Origin: an uncultured Chloroflexia bacterium
Lineage (GTDB): Bacteria; Chloroflexota; Limnocylindria; Limnocylindrales; CSP1-4
Direction: 5' to 3'
Assembly (NCBI GenBank): GCA_963746845.1
Contig: CAVVCZ010000004.1
Location: 704,001-768,000 of the forward strand
DNA length: 64,000 nucleotides
Both the position numbers and the translations under genes were made by a program. Positions 51,230 to 60,759 of the stretch are shown here, in pieces. Below the pieces are notes generated by a model. The model had not been told where the DNA came from, did not search any database, and was given only the letters and a program-made list of their open reading frames with translations. Numbering within the stretch: the first letter of the stretch is position 1; each line of letters begins with the position of its first letter.

Positions 51230-51898
51230 ATGATGAGCTCACTCCGGCTGATCCTCGAGGTCGGCAAGAAGCGCCGGGTCGTCGCCGGCGCCATGGACTG
51301 GCCCGGTCTCGATCGCTGGGGCACGTCGGAGGACGACGCGATCGAGAAGCTGCGCTCCTACGTCCCGCGCTACGCGGCGGTCGCCGATCGGGCAGGCCTG
51401 GCGTCGGCATTCGCGGCAGTACGTGACGTCGACGTCATCGAGCGGGTGCCCGGATCGAGCTCGACGGATTTCTGGGGCATCGCCCACGTGCCGTCGGAGA
51501 TCGAGCGGGAGGTCCTCGCGCCGGCGGATCTGGATCGGCGGCTCGTGCTCCTGGAGGCGTGCTGGGCCGAGTTCGACGACGTCGCCGTGCGCATCACCGG
51601 GGAGCTGAGGCCCGGCTCGAGGAGCGCCGGTCGCACCCTCGACCAGATCGTTCGGCACGTGTACGCCAGCGAGCCGGAGCAGTTCTCCCGCAAGGTCGAG
51701 GTGCGGACGCCGCGCGAGGTCGCGCTCACGCCGGCCGGCCTCGTCGACCATCGCGCGGCCTACCTCGCCGCGATCCGTGCCTACAACACGGAGGGCAAGC
51801 CCGCCCGGACCTGGCCGATCCAGTTCCTGGTCCGCCGAACCGCCCATCACGTGATGGACCATGCGTGGGAGATGGAGGACCGGGACCCCGGGGCCTGA
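51230..51898 (+). CDS. Hypothetical protein (DinB-like C-terminus)
   Basis: DWPGLDRWG and RRTAHHVMDHAWEMEDR. Confidence 0.75.
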   Translation: MMSSLRLILEVGKKRRVVAGAMDWPGLDRWGTSEDDAIEKLRSYVPRYAAVADRAGLASAFAAVRDVDVIERVPGSSSTDFWGIAHVPSEIEREVLAPADLDRRLVLLEACWAEFDDVAVRITGELRPGSRSAGRTLDQIVRHVYASEPEQFSRKVEVRTPREVALTPAGLVDHRAAYLAAIRAYNTEGKPARTWPIQFLVRRTAHHVMDHAWEMEDRDPGA

Positions 51899-51931
51899 GC
51901 GACCGATCCGCCGCCGGTCTACGATCCCGTC

Positions 51932-52894
51932 ATGACACCCTGGTTCGGCCTCCATCTCCCCAGCTACACCCACCCCGACGCCGCCCCCGCGGAGCTCTTC
52001 GACCGGGTCGTGGCCCAGGCAAAGGCCGCCGAGGCGGCCGGCTTCCGGCTCGTCACCGTCATGGACCACCTGTACCAGATCGGCGGCGTCGGGCAGGTCG
52101 ACGAGCCGATGCTCGAGGCCTGGTCGACGCTCGCCGCGCTCGCCCGTGAGACGAGCCGGGTCCGGCTCGGGACCCTCGTCACCGGCGTGACCTACCGGAA
52201 CCCGGCCCTGCTCGCGAAGCAGGCGACGACCCTCGACACGATCTCGGGCGGCCGGGCGATCTTCGGGATCGGCGCGGCGTGGAACGACGTCGAGCACGCG
52301 GGCTACGGCTACGACTTCCCGCCGGTCCGCGAGCGGATGGACCGGCTCGAGGAGGCCCTCACGATCGCGAAGGCGATGTTCACGGAGGATCGCCCGTCGT
52401 TCACGGGCACGTACTACCGGATCGACGAGGCGTTCAACGTGCCACGGCCGGTCCAGCCCGGCGGCCCGCCGATCCTCGTCGGCGGCGGCGGCGAGCAGCG
52501 GACGCTGAAGATCGCAGCCCGGTTCGCCGACATGGCCCACTGGTTCCCGCTCGGGCTCGACGTCCTGCACCACAAGACCGAGGTCCTCGCGGGCCACTGC
52601 GAGGCGATCGGGCGGGATCCGGCGACGATCGAACGGACGATGGCGACGCCGGTCACGGTCGCCGCCACCGAAGCCGACGCGAAGGAACTGCTGGCGGGCG
52701 TGCCGCCCGAGCGCCGACCGTACGTCTTCGCGGGCACGCCGGAGCAGGCCGCCGACGGGCTTCGGCCATACCTGGACGCCGGCTTCACGGGCTTCACGTT
52801 CAACAACTCGATCTACCGAACGCCCGAGCAGATCGCCGTCATCGGCGAGCTGCTCCAGCTGGTCGGGGGCGCCGCGCCGGTCGCCGCCGGCTGA
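51932..52894 (+). CDS. LLM-class F420-dependent oxidoreductase
   Basis: MDHLYQI, EAWSTLAALA, VTGVTYRNPALLAK..TLD.ISGGR and VGGGGE.RTL. Confidence 0.92.
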   Translation: MTPWFGLHLPSYTHPDAAPAELFDRVVAQAKAAEAAGFRLVTVMDHLYQIGGVGQVDEPMLEAWSTLAALARETSRVRLGTLVTGVTYRNPALLAKQATTLDTISGGRAIFGIGAAWNDVEHAGYGYDFPPVRERMDRLEEALTIAKAMFTEDRPSFTGTYYRIDEAFNVPRPVQPGGPPILVGGGGEQRTLKIAARFADMAHWFPLGLDVLHHKTEVLAGHCEAIGRDPATIERTMATPVTVAATEADAKELLAGVPPERRPYVFAGTPEQAADGLRPYLDAGFTGFTFNNSIYRTPEQIAVIGELLQLVGGAAPVAAG

Positions 52895-53267
52895 GGAGGG
52901 CGATCGTCTCCGGCCCTCTCCGCCCCTCGGTCCCTCGGCCCATTGCAAGAACGCGTATCTGACCGGTCTTCTGGCTCGCTCTCGGCCTGGTGATGCCATC
53001 CCATCACCAGGAGGCGTGCCGTCGACCGCAAGCGAGGCGACCGACCCGGGCCGGCGCATGAATCCAGCCGTTTCGGCGCGCCCGACCGCCTGAATGCCAT
53101 TCGATACGCCTTCTTGAGATCCGCACGCGGTGGCGCCGGGCCGAGGTGCCGCCGGCTGAGCATCGCGGGCGGATCGGAACAGTCGCGGGCGGATCAGATC
53201 ACTTGACCCGCGGTGCGATCCTTCGATCGGCGCCGGGGTTGTCCCCGCCGCCGCGGGAGGGTGGAAG

Positions 53268-53810
53268 ATGGAAACCGGATCTTCGGCGCTGACGGTCGGC
53301 TCCGGCGAGGAGCGCGGCAGCTGGCCGACCTGGCTCGCGACCTTGGTGGCCCTGATTCCGCTCGGGATCGGTCTGACGATCGCGATCGCAGTGAACGGCA
53401 AAGCCGGGCTTGGGCCGCTGACGGCCGACCAGATCCTGTGGTGGATCCTCCTGCCCCTCGGTGCGCTGTACCCGGCCATCGCCTCGATGGCGCGCATCCG
53501 TGCCTATGCGCCGACGACCGTGCTCGTCGTCGCGGCCCTCGCGCCGGGCGCGTTGTACGCGGTCAGGCTGCTCCTGGACGCGATGCCGACCGACGGAGCC
53601 GGACGCACCCCCGTGTCGCTGACGACGATCGCCAGCACGGCGATTCCGCCCGCGATCCTCGCCGGCGGCACGTTCGTCGCGATCGAGATCGCGACTGCCG
53701 GGATCCGGCGCGGGGTCCTGCTCGGCGTCGCCGGCTCGGTCGTCGGCGCGGCGGTCCTCGGCCTGGCGGCGGCGGCGAGCGTCTTCCTGCCCGGGATGAT
53801 CACGACGTAG
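53268..53810 (+). CDS. Hypothetical membrane protein
   Basis: About five hydrophobic segments; GGAGG RBS. Confidence 0.7.
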   Translation: METGSSALTVGSGEERGSWPTWLATLVALIPLGIGLTIAIAVNGKAGLGPLTADQILWWILLPLGALYPAIASMARIRAYAPTTVLVVAALAPGALYAVRLLLDAMPTDGAGRTPVSLTTIASTAIPPAILAGGTFVAIEIATAGIRRGVLLGVAGSVVGAAVLGLAAAASVFLPGMITT

Positions 53811-53880
53811 CCGCCGCGGGGAACATGGAACACGGCACACCCGAACGGGCGTGCCGTGTTCGCCGCTTGACGAGGGACCG

Positions 53881-54899
53881 TCAGTGCTCGACGACGGCCT
53901 CCAGCTTGCTCGCGTCGGCGATCCAGCCCGTGATCTGCGCCTCGCCCGGAATGCGATTCACGATCCCGGGGCGAGCCGCGACGACCGACTGGAACGTGTC
54001 CTCGAGGTTCTTGGCGTTCCGGTGCGACAGCTCGGCGGGCGAATCCACCCCGGCGGCCTCGAGGAGGTCGCTGTACTGGGGTCCGACACCCGGGATCCGC
54101 ATCAGGTCGACGTGGTTGACCCACTCGAGGATCTGCTTGGTGCCGATTCCCGTCGTCTTCGCGAGCTGGTCGCGACCGGACGGCTTGGCGCCGCGTCGAC
54201 AGCAGGTCCGCGGTCGTGGTGATGCCGGCCGCCGCGAGCTTGCCCGCTTCGGCCGAACCGATGCCCTCGATCTCGGCGATGCTCATCGGGGCGGTCTCGC
54301 GGTAGATGTCCGGCTCGGCCGCCGCCGGGGTGGCAACCACCGCCGCCAGCCGCGACCACGGCCGGAGCCGGGATCTCGATCTCCTCCGGAACGGGCTCGG
54401 TCTTCGGGTCCGCGAGCAGCCGCTCGACCTCGGCGGTGTCCTCGGCCACGATCTCGGAGACGACGACCGTCCCGCCGAAGCCGTACGACCGCATCCGCTC
54501 GACCGCGAGCGACCAGTTCGCGTGCTCGATCAGGATCGCGACCGCCGACTCGGAGGAGGTCATGTCCTGACCCAGCTCCTTGAGCAGCTTGTTCTTGATG
54601 CCCCGATCGAACGAGGCGAACAGACCGCCGGCGGCCGCGCCCATGGCGATCCAGCCCACGGGTCCGAAGAGCAGGGCGAACAGGGCGCCGATGACGCCGC
54701 CCTTCACGAACCCCTTGCCGATGGTGTCGTCCTTCGTCTGGTGGATCTTGACCTTGCCGTTCGCGGTCTTGGTGATCGCGACGGCGTCGCGGAGCTTGAC
54801 CAGGTCGTCGTCTGCCATCTCCTTCAGGACCGTCAGCGCCTCCGCGGCGGTGCCGGCCTTCGGGTACTTGATGACGAGGAAGCTGTATTCGTGCGCCAT
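53881..54899 (-). CDS. DUF1269 membrane domain probably fused to a DUF4332 (HhH) domain; frameshifts near 54345 and 54190
   Basis: LRDAVAI..GKVKIHQ and GG.IGAL..LLFGP (DUF1269); IAEIEGIG and WVNHVDLMRIPGVGPQYSDLLEAAGVDS (DUF4332). Confidence 0.72.
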
Positions 54900-55069
54900 G
54901 TCCCCAACCTTTCCAGTCCTGTGGCGCGCAATCGACGCGGGCAACGGGCGACGACTGCGAGTGCGGTGAGACCGATGATCGTCGGCGCGTCACGTCGACG
55001 CCACCCGGCGGACCGGCATGACCGCCGGGTGGCCGTACGCAGATCGGCCGGTGTCGTGTCGGCGGTCGG

Positions 55070-57043
55070 CTACGCCCAGGTGATCGCCGCCACCTCCACG
55101 GGCGCCGTTGCGCCGCGGACCTCGGCGACCCGGGCTTCGCCCGACTGAACATCGCCGGCGGCGGCCAGCGAGTCGGACGACGCGAGGATCTCGCCACCCT
55201 GGGCCAGGGCGCCGATCCGCGCGGCGACATGCACGCCGAACCCGCTGTAGTCGCTGCCGCGTCGGGTCGCCTCGGCCGTGTGGATCCCGATCCGGACCGC
55301 GATCGCGAACCCGGTCCGTGCCCGGTGGTCGCGGAGCGTCCGCTGGATGGCGACCGCGGCGTCGACCGCCGGCCGGGCGGACTCGAAGGCCGCGAAGAAC
55401 CCGTCGCCGGTCGTCTTGACGATCTCTCCCCCACCCCGCTGGACGAGGCCGCGGAGCGTGTCGTCGTGCCAGCGCAGGAGCTGCTCCCACGCCGCGTCGC
55501 CGAGCGCCTCGGCGAGGCCCGTCGACCCGACGATGTCGGTGAACATGAACGTCCGGCGCGCCGTCTGCGGCCCGGACCGCCGATCGGCAATCTCGCGCTG
55601 CTCGCGCTCGGCTGCTTCGAGGTCGACCTGCGCGCCGAGCCGCCGGAACTCGTCGAGCGCCGTTTCCAGCTCCAGGTCCGCGTCGTCATCGTCCTCGGTC
55701 GCTCGCAGCGCGCGCGACAGCACGGTCTGCGCCCGCGCGACCTCGTACGGCGCCCCGACTTCGCGCCAGCCCTTGATCCCGATCCGGAGCTGCTGCGCGG
55801 CGGTCTCTGGGTCGTCCTCGGCCAGGAGGACCCGACCCATGGCCACCCGACAGCCCGCCTCGAGCGCGGGCGACGGGTAGCCCGTGACCGTCGACTTGAG
55901 CTCGTCGACGGCCGTCCGGGCCTGTGCGATGCGGCCTGCGGCGACGCTGATCTCGATCTGGGCCGGCAGGAGGCGGGCACGGGCCCACTTGTCCCATGTC
56001 TGTTCGGCGACGGCCGCGTCGATGGCCTTCACCGCGCCCTTGACGTTGCCCTGCGCGAGACGGATGAGCGCGAGCGCCGGCTGGGGCGACCGGCCGCGGG
56101 CATGGGCCTCGCGCAGCGCGGCCTCGGCACCGACGAGGTCACCGCGCAGCCGGCGGATGTCACCGATGGCGTAGAAGCCGTCGGCCTGCGGCGGCGTCGC
56201 CCGGAACGGCTCGAGCTCCGTCGTGGCCCGCTCGAGCTCGTGCTCCGCCCGCTCCCACGCGCCACCAACCGCAGCGACCTCGGCCCGATGGATCCGACAG
56301 ATCCCGGGAAATCCCTCGAGCGACTGGCGGTCGCAGTACTTCTCCGTCGCCTCGATCCACTCGCTGGCCCGGCGGTAGTCGGTGAGGTCGCGACACGCGC
56401 CGATCATCCGGCAGGCCGTGAGTCCGCTCTCGAACGGTGAGAGCTCGCCGTTGACGGCCGCGATCGACGCCTCCTCCATCATGGCGAGTCCGTCCGTCGT
56501 GGCGCCGGACGCGATCTTCAGGGAGCCGAGGGTCATCTGGGCCGACGCGGTCAGGTCACGGTCGCCGGCCTTGATCCCGATGGACACCGCCCGCTCGGCC
56601 AGCCGCAACGCGGTGTCGAAGTCGCCGGCCGCCGCCGCGCCCTCGCTCCCGATCATCGCGAGGTAGCCGTGTGCGTAGGTCTCGCCCTCGGGCCCGATCA
56701 GGCGCTCGGCACGGCGCGCCCAGGCCGACGCGATGGCGTACTTGCCCTCGTAGCCGTACAGACGCGCGAGATCCGCGGCAATGTACGCGGCACGGAGGAC
56801 GTTCCCGTCCGCCTCGTGACGCTTGAAGGCACGCTCCTTCGCGTCCTCCTGGACGTCGGGTCTGGCCACGAAGAATGCCGCGAGGGCGAGGGCCTCGAGG
56901 TCGTCTCCCGTGAGCGCGCCCGGGCGATCCGCCTCGGAGAACCGGTCGAGCGCCTCGTGCCACGCATGGGCGGCGAACGCCGCACGCGCGGCTTCCAGGG
57001 GATCTGCCGCCGCTGGAGCGGTGACGGGTTCGGTGTCGGGCAT
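55070..57043 (-). CDS. TPR-like protein with C-terminal class III adenylate/guanylate cyclase
   Basis: FMFTDIVGST, KTTGDGFF, RIGIH and VHVAARI. Confidence 0.9.
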   Translation of the reverse strand: MPDTEPVTAPAAADPLEAARAAFAAHAWHEALDRFSEADRPGALTGDDLEALALAAFFVARPDVQEDAKERAFKRHEADGNVLRAAYIAADLARLYGYEGKYAIASAWARRAERLIGPEGETYAHGYLAMIGSEGAAAAGDFDTALRLAERAVSIGIKAGDRDLTASAQMTLGSLKIASGATTDGLAMMEEASIAAVNGELSPFESGLTACRMIGACRDLTDYRRASEWIEATEKYCDRQSLEGFPGICRIHRAEVAAVGGAWERAEHELERATTELEPFRATPPQADGFYAIGDIRRLRGDLVGAEAALREAHARGRSPQPALALIRLAQGNVKGAVKAIDAAVAEQTWDKWARARLLPAQIEISVAAGRIAQARTAVDELKSTVTGYPSPALEAGCRVAMGRVLLAEDDPETAAQQLRIGIKGWREVGAPYEVARAQTVLSRALRATEDDDDADLELETALDEFRRLGAQVDLEAAEREQREIADRRSGPQTARRTFMFTDIVGSTGLAEALGDAAWEQLLRWHDDTLRGLVQRGGGEIVKTTGDGFFAAFESARPAVDAAVAIQRTLRDHRARTGFAIAVRIGIHTAEATRRGSDYSGFGVHVAARIGALAQGGEILASSDSLAAAGDVQSGEARVAEVRGATAPVEVAAITWA

Positions 57044-57078
57044 CGCGGGCATTGTGCACCCGCCCCGTTCGGAGTGGA

Positions 57079-57855
57079 TCAGACGCTGCCCGTCGGCTCA
57101 ACCCCAGCCTGGCCGGCGAGGAGATGCCAGCCGTAGCGCCAGAGGGCCAGGTTCGCCGCGAGCCACCCGAACAGGATCGGGATCAGGAGCGGGCTGCTGG
57201 TGGCGGGACCGGTCAGCGTGCTCACGGCGATCAGGTCGATCAGGAGATGAACGACCAGGCACGGCCACAGGCTGCCCGTCCGAATCCGGACCGCGGCCAG
57301 GGCGATGCCGCCCGCCGTCGTCGCCGCCACCTGCATCGCCACGAACGGCGGATAGACGCCCGCCACGAGGTTCGCGAGGTGCGATGCTCCGAACGCCGCC
57401 GATGACCAGATGACCGCCGAACGCATCCCCGACGGCTGGAGGAGGCCCAGGAGGACGCCCCGGAAGAAGAGCTCCTCGTTGAGGGCGATGAGTGGCAGGC
57501 CGACGACCAGCACGGGCACGACCGATGCTGCATCGAGGTTGTAGCCGAACAGCAGGAACGGCAGGCTGGCCGCGACCAGCGGCCAGGCCAGCCAGGCCCA
57601 GCCTGACGTCGGTCGATCGCCCAGGCCGGTCCGGACACCCGCGACCGCTGCAGCCGCGACGGCGAAGGCGGCGTAGATCGCCCAGCACACGGGGCCGAGC
57701 CATGGACCGAGGTCGGGGAACGCGGACGTGATGACTCGTCCCCCGTCCCATGCCAGCAGGACATGGAGGGCCATGAACGAGGCGTACAGGGCGACCGCCG
57801 CAGCCGCAGTGCGCCGACGAACCAGGATCGCCGAGGCGCCGTTGATCGCTCTCAC
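57079..57855 (-). CDS. CPBP/Abi-family intramembrane metalloprotease
   Basis: NEELFFRG, FGASH and H...D in TM helices. Confidence 0.88.
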   Translation of the reverse strand: MRAINGASAILVRRRTAAAAVALYASFMALHVLLAWDGGRVITSAFPDLGPWLGPVCWAIYAAFAVAAAAVAGVRTGLGDRPTSGWAWLAWPLVAASLPFLLFGYNLDAASVVPVLVVGLPLIALNEELFFRGVLLGLLQPSGMRSAVIWSSAAFGASHLANLVAGVYPPFVAMQVAATTAGGIALAAVRIRTGSLWPCLVVHLLIDLIAVSTLTGPATSSPLLIPILFGWLAANLALWRYGWHLLAGQAGVEPTGSV

Positions 57856-57865
57856 GTCTACGCGC

Positions 57866-58447
57866 TCAGGCCGGCACCGTCGACGGCTCCAGCGCCGCCG
57901 CGATCTCTCGAGCCCAGGCCTCGATGACGTCCCACTGGCGGAAGTCGCCCGCCGGGAGGACGCGCTTCGCCGCCGGCATCATGCGGACGAGCCGCTCGGA
58001 CATCGCCCGGGGTGGCTCCTGCGGGTCGAACGCGCCGAGGAAGACCCGGTGGTCGCGCGGATGGATCGTCGCGCTGAGCTCGGCGATCTTCTTCCGGCCA
58101 CCGCTTCCCGGGCCGCTCTCGGGACCGAGCGCGTCGGTGAGCAGGTCCTGTCCGCTCGTCGGAGCCGCCGGGTCCCGGACCGGTCCGCTGCTGAACAGCC
58201 ACACCGGACGGGCAGCGAGGACGTCCGTGTGCTCCTCGATGAATGCGAGCGGCTCCTTGAGCCAGCTCCCCATGTAGACGCCGCTCCCGATCACGAACGC
58301 GTCGGCGCCACCGACGTCGCCGACCCGGTCCGCGGCCGCCAGCTCCGAAGTGAGACCCTCGGCCCGGAGCACCTCGCCGATCCTCTCGGCGATGCCGGCC
58401 GTCCCTCCGTGCCGGCTGCCGTACACGATGAGCACCTTCGTCATCAC
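57866..58447 (-). CDS. Flavodoxin-domain protein (HemG-like), copy A
   Basis: YGSRHGGT, IGSGVYMGSW, WLFSSGP and GDFRQW. Confidence 0.88.
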   Translation of the reverse strand: MMTKVLIVYGSRHGGTAGIAERIGEVLRAEGLTSELAAADRVGDVGGADAFVIGSGVYMGSWLKEPLAFIEEHTDVLAARPVWLFSSGPVRDPAAPTSGQDLLTDALGPESGPGSGGRKKIAELSATIHPRDHRVFLGAFDPQEPPRAMSERLVRMMPAAKRVLPAGDFRQWDVIEAWAREIAAALEPSTVPA

Positions 58448-58489
58448 ATCCTCCGTTCCGACCCTCCGACGCCCGGTCGGAGGGGTTCC

Positions 58490-59047
58490 TCAGGCGGGCG
58501 ATCCGATGGGCAGCAGGTCGGCGGCGATCTCGTTCGCCCAGGCCTCGATCGCCTGCCAGTCGCGGAAATCGCCGGCTGGAACCGCCTCGCGGATCGCGGG
58601 CGACGCGCGCATGAACCTGGCCATGAGGCCCTCCGCCAGACCAACCGGTGGCGCGTCGGGATCGTAGGCGCCGAAGAACACCCGCTCGCCGCGTGGTCGG
58701 ATCGTCCGGGCGAACTCCGCGAACTCCTTCGGCTCGGACGCGATCAGCTGATCGCGTCCCTTCGCGTCGACCGCGGCGGAGCCCGTCGGGCCGCTGCTGA
58801 ACAGCCAGACCGGACGCGACGCGAGGACATCGTGATATCGCCGGACGAACGCGCTCGCGTCGCCCAGCCAGCTGCCCATGTACGCGGCGCTCCCGATGAC
58901 GAACGCGTCATACGCCACGACCGAGCCGGCGCCATCGGCCGGGCGGAGGGCGACGTCGAGACCGGCGCTCTCGAGGGTCGCAGCGATGTGCTCCGCGATC
59001 CCCCGGGTGGCGCCATGTCGGCTGGCGTACACAACGAGGATCTTCAT
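58490..59047 (-). CDS. Flavodoxin-domain protein (HemG-like), copy B
   Basis: YASRHGAT, IGSAAYMGSW, WLFSSGP and GDFRDW. Confidence 0.88.
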   Translation of the reverse strand: MKILVVYASRHGATRGIAEHIAATLESAGLDVALRPADGAGSVVAYDAFVIGSAAYMGSWLGDASAFVRRYHDVLASRPVWLFSSGPTGSAAVDAKGRDQLIASEPKEFAEFARTIRPRGERVFFGAYDPDAPPVGLAEGLMARFMRASPAIREAVPAGDFRDWQAIEAWANEIAADLLPIGSPA

Positions 59048-59202
59048 GTCTGGCCTCCTGCCGGATCCAGCGTGTCGCGCGAACGCTCGACCGGACAAGG
59101 GCCAGAGGTCATTGTCTGGGCATTCCTGACGACACCTGTCAGCGACGCCGTCCACACTGGTCCTCGACGGCGATCCCGCCGCACGAACGCGAGGAACCGG
59201 AC

Positions 59203-60117
59203 GTGACCGTCGTGGACTGGCTGCTCGACGCCGACCCCGCGATCCGCTGGCAGGTGATGCGGGATCTCATGGACGAGCCGGCCGACGTCGTGGCCGCCGA
59301 GCGGGCGAAGGTCGCGACCGAGGGCTGGGGCGCCCGGCTGCTCGCCCTCCAGGCACCGGACGGGGACTGGGCCGGCGGCTCGCTGTTCCCGAAGCAGCTG
59401 GCGACGACCTCGAGCCTGATGCTCCTGTACGCGTTCGGGTTGGATCCGGCCGGCGACGAGGCCCGTTGCGCCATCGCCCTCGTTCGCGAGCACAGCCGCT
59501 GGGATCACGAGGGCCAGCCGTTCTTCGAAGGCGAGGTCGAGCCGTGCATCAACGGCCGGGCCGTCACGATCGGCGCGTACTTCGGGGAGGACGTCGGGGG
59601 CATCGTCGACCGCCTGGTGACCGAGCAGATGGCAGACGGCGGGTGGAACTGCAACCAGGAGATCGGCTCGACACGCGGCTCGTTCCACTCGACGATCAAC
59701 GTCCTCGAGGGCCTGCTCGAGCACGAGCGAGCCACGGGCGCAACGCCGGCCGTGACCGAGGCGCGTCGCCGCGGCGAGGCGTACCTCCTGGATCGTCGCC
59801 TGCTCCGTGGTCTGTCCACCGGCGAGGTCATCGACGTCGACTGGACCCGCTTCTCGTTCCCGACGGACTACTACTACGACGTCCTTCGCGGGCTCGAGTA
59901 CCTGCGGGTTGCCGGCGTGACCCTCGACGAACGGGCCGCCGAGGCGATCGGGCTCGTCCGGTCCCGGCGCGACGCAGAAGGGCGATGGCCGGCCGAGAAC
60001 CCCCATCCGGGCGAGCTGCACTTCCCGTTGGACGACGGCGAGGGCCGGCCAAGCAGGTGGAACACCCTTCGGGCGTTGCGGGTGCTGCGCTGGGCCGAGG
60101 CCGGACCCCGTGCCTGA
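59203..60117 (+). CDS. Prenyltransferase/squalene-cyclase-like repeat protein
   Basis: QAPDGDW and QMADGGWNC QW-like repeats; PSRWNTLRALRVL. Confidence 0.78.
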   Translation: MTVVDWLLDADPAIRWQVMRDLMDEPADVVAAERAKVATEGWGARLLALQAPDGDWAGGSLFPKQLATTSSLMLLYAFGLDPAGDEARCAIALVREHSRWDHEGQPFFEGEVEPCINGRAVTIGAYFGEDVGGIVDRLVTEQMADGGWNCNQEIGSTRGSFHSTINVLEGLLEHERATGATPAVTEARRRGEAYLLDRRLLRGLSTGEVIDVDWTRFSFPTDYYYDVLRGLEYLRVAGVTLDERAAEAIGLVRSRRDAEGRWPAENPHPGELHFPLDDGEGRPSRWNTLRALRVLRWAEAGPRA

Positions 60118-60754
60118 GGCGAGACCGCCGGCCTGGGCCATCCTCACGGACGCCGTCACGATCGTCCCGGCGAACGAGGCGTCGTGCGAGGACCTGGAGG
60201 CGATCTTCGGGATGCGTGGCTATCCCGCCCCGTGCCAGTGCCAGCGGTTCAAGATCGGGCCGCAGGAGTGGACCGCACCACCCGTCTCGGAACGCCGGCA
60301 ACGCCTCCACGACGAGGCCCGCTGCGGCGATCCCGGCTCCCCGACGACGAGCGGTCTCGTCGCGTACCTCGAGGGAACACCCGTGGGCTGGTGCGCAGTC
60401 GAGCCGCGGACGGCCTACCCGCGGCTCCTGCCCGCCCGTCTCGCCTGGAAGGAGCGTGGCGAGGACAAGGACGACGGGAGCGTCTGGGCCGTCACCTGCT
60501 TCGTCACACGGGCGGGCTACCGGCGGCGCGGCATCACGCGCGCCCTGGCACGCGCCGCCGTCGGCTTCGCCCGTCAGCGCGGCGCCCGGGCCCTCGAGGC
60601 CTACCCGATGATCACGGAGCCCGGCAAGGAGATCACGTGGGGAGAGACCCACGTGGGCACACGGAGCGTCTTCGCCGACGCCGGACTGGCGGAGGTCTTC
60701 CACCCCACGCTCCGTCGCGTCGTCATGCGGATCGACTTCCAGCAGGAGGGCTGA
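60110..60754 (+). CDS. GNAT-family N-acetyltransferase
   Basis: PVGWCAVEPR, VTCFV..GYRRRG and LEAYP. Confidence 0.88.
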   Translation: MPEARPPAWAILTDAVTIVPANEASCEDLEAIFGMRGYPAPCQCQRFKIGPQEWTAPPVSERRQRLHDEARCGDPGSPTTSGLVAYLEGTPVGWCAVEPRTAYPRLLPARLAWKERGEDKDDGSVWAVTCFVTRAGYRRRGITRALARAAVGFARQRGARALEAYPMITEPGKEITWGETHVGTRSVFADAGLAEVFHPTLRRVVMRIDFQQEG

Positions 60755-60759
60755 GCGAG

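Noticed and set aside
57079-57855. CPBP 'Abi' protease as an abortive-infection gene
   Set aside because: The family name is historical; it is a common membrane protease and has no defence context here.
59099-59112. GGGCCAGAGGTCAT as a DosR-like box upstream of the flavodoxin pair
   Set aside because: A single weak match in high-GC DNA; insufficient support.
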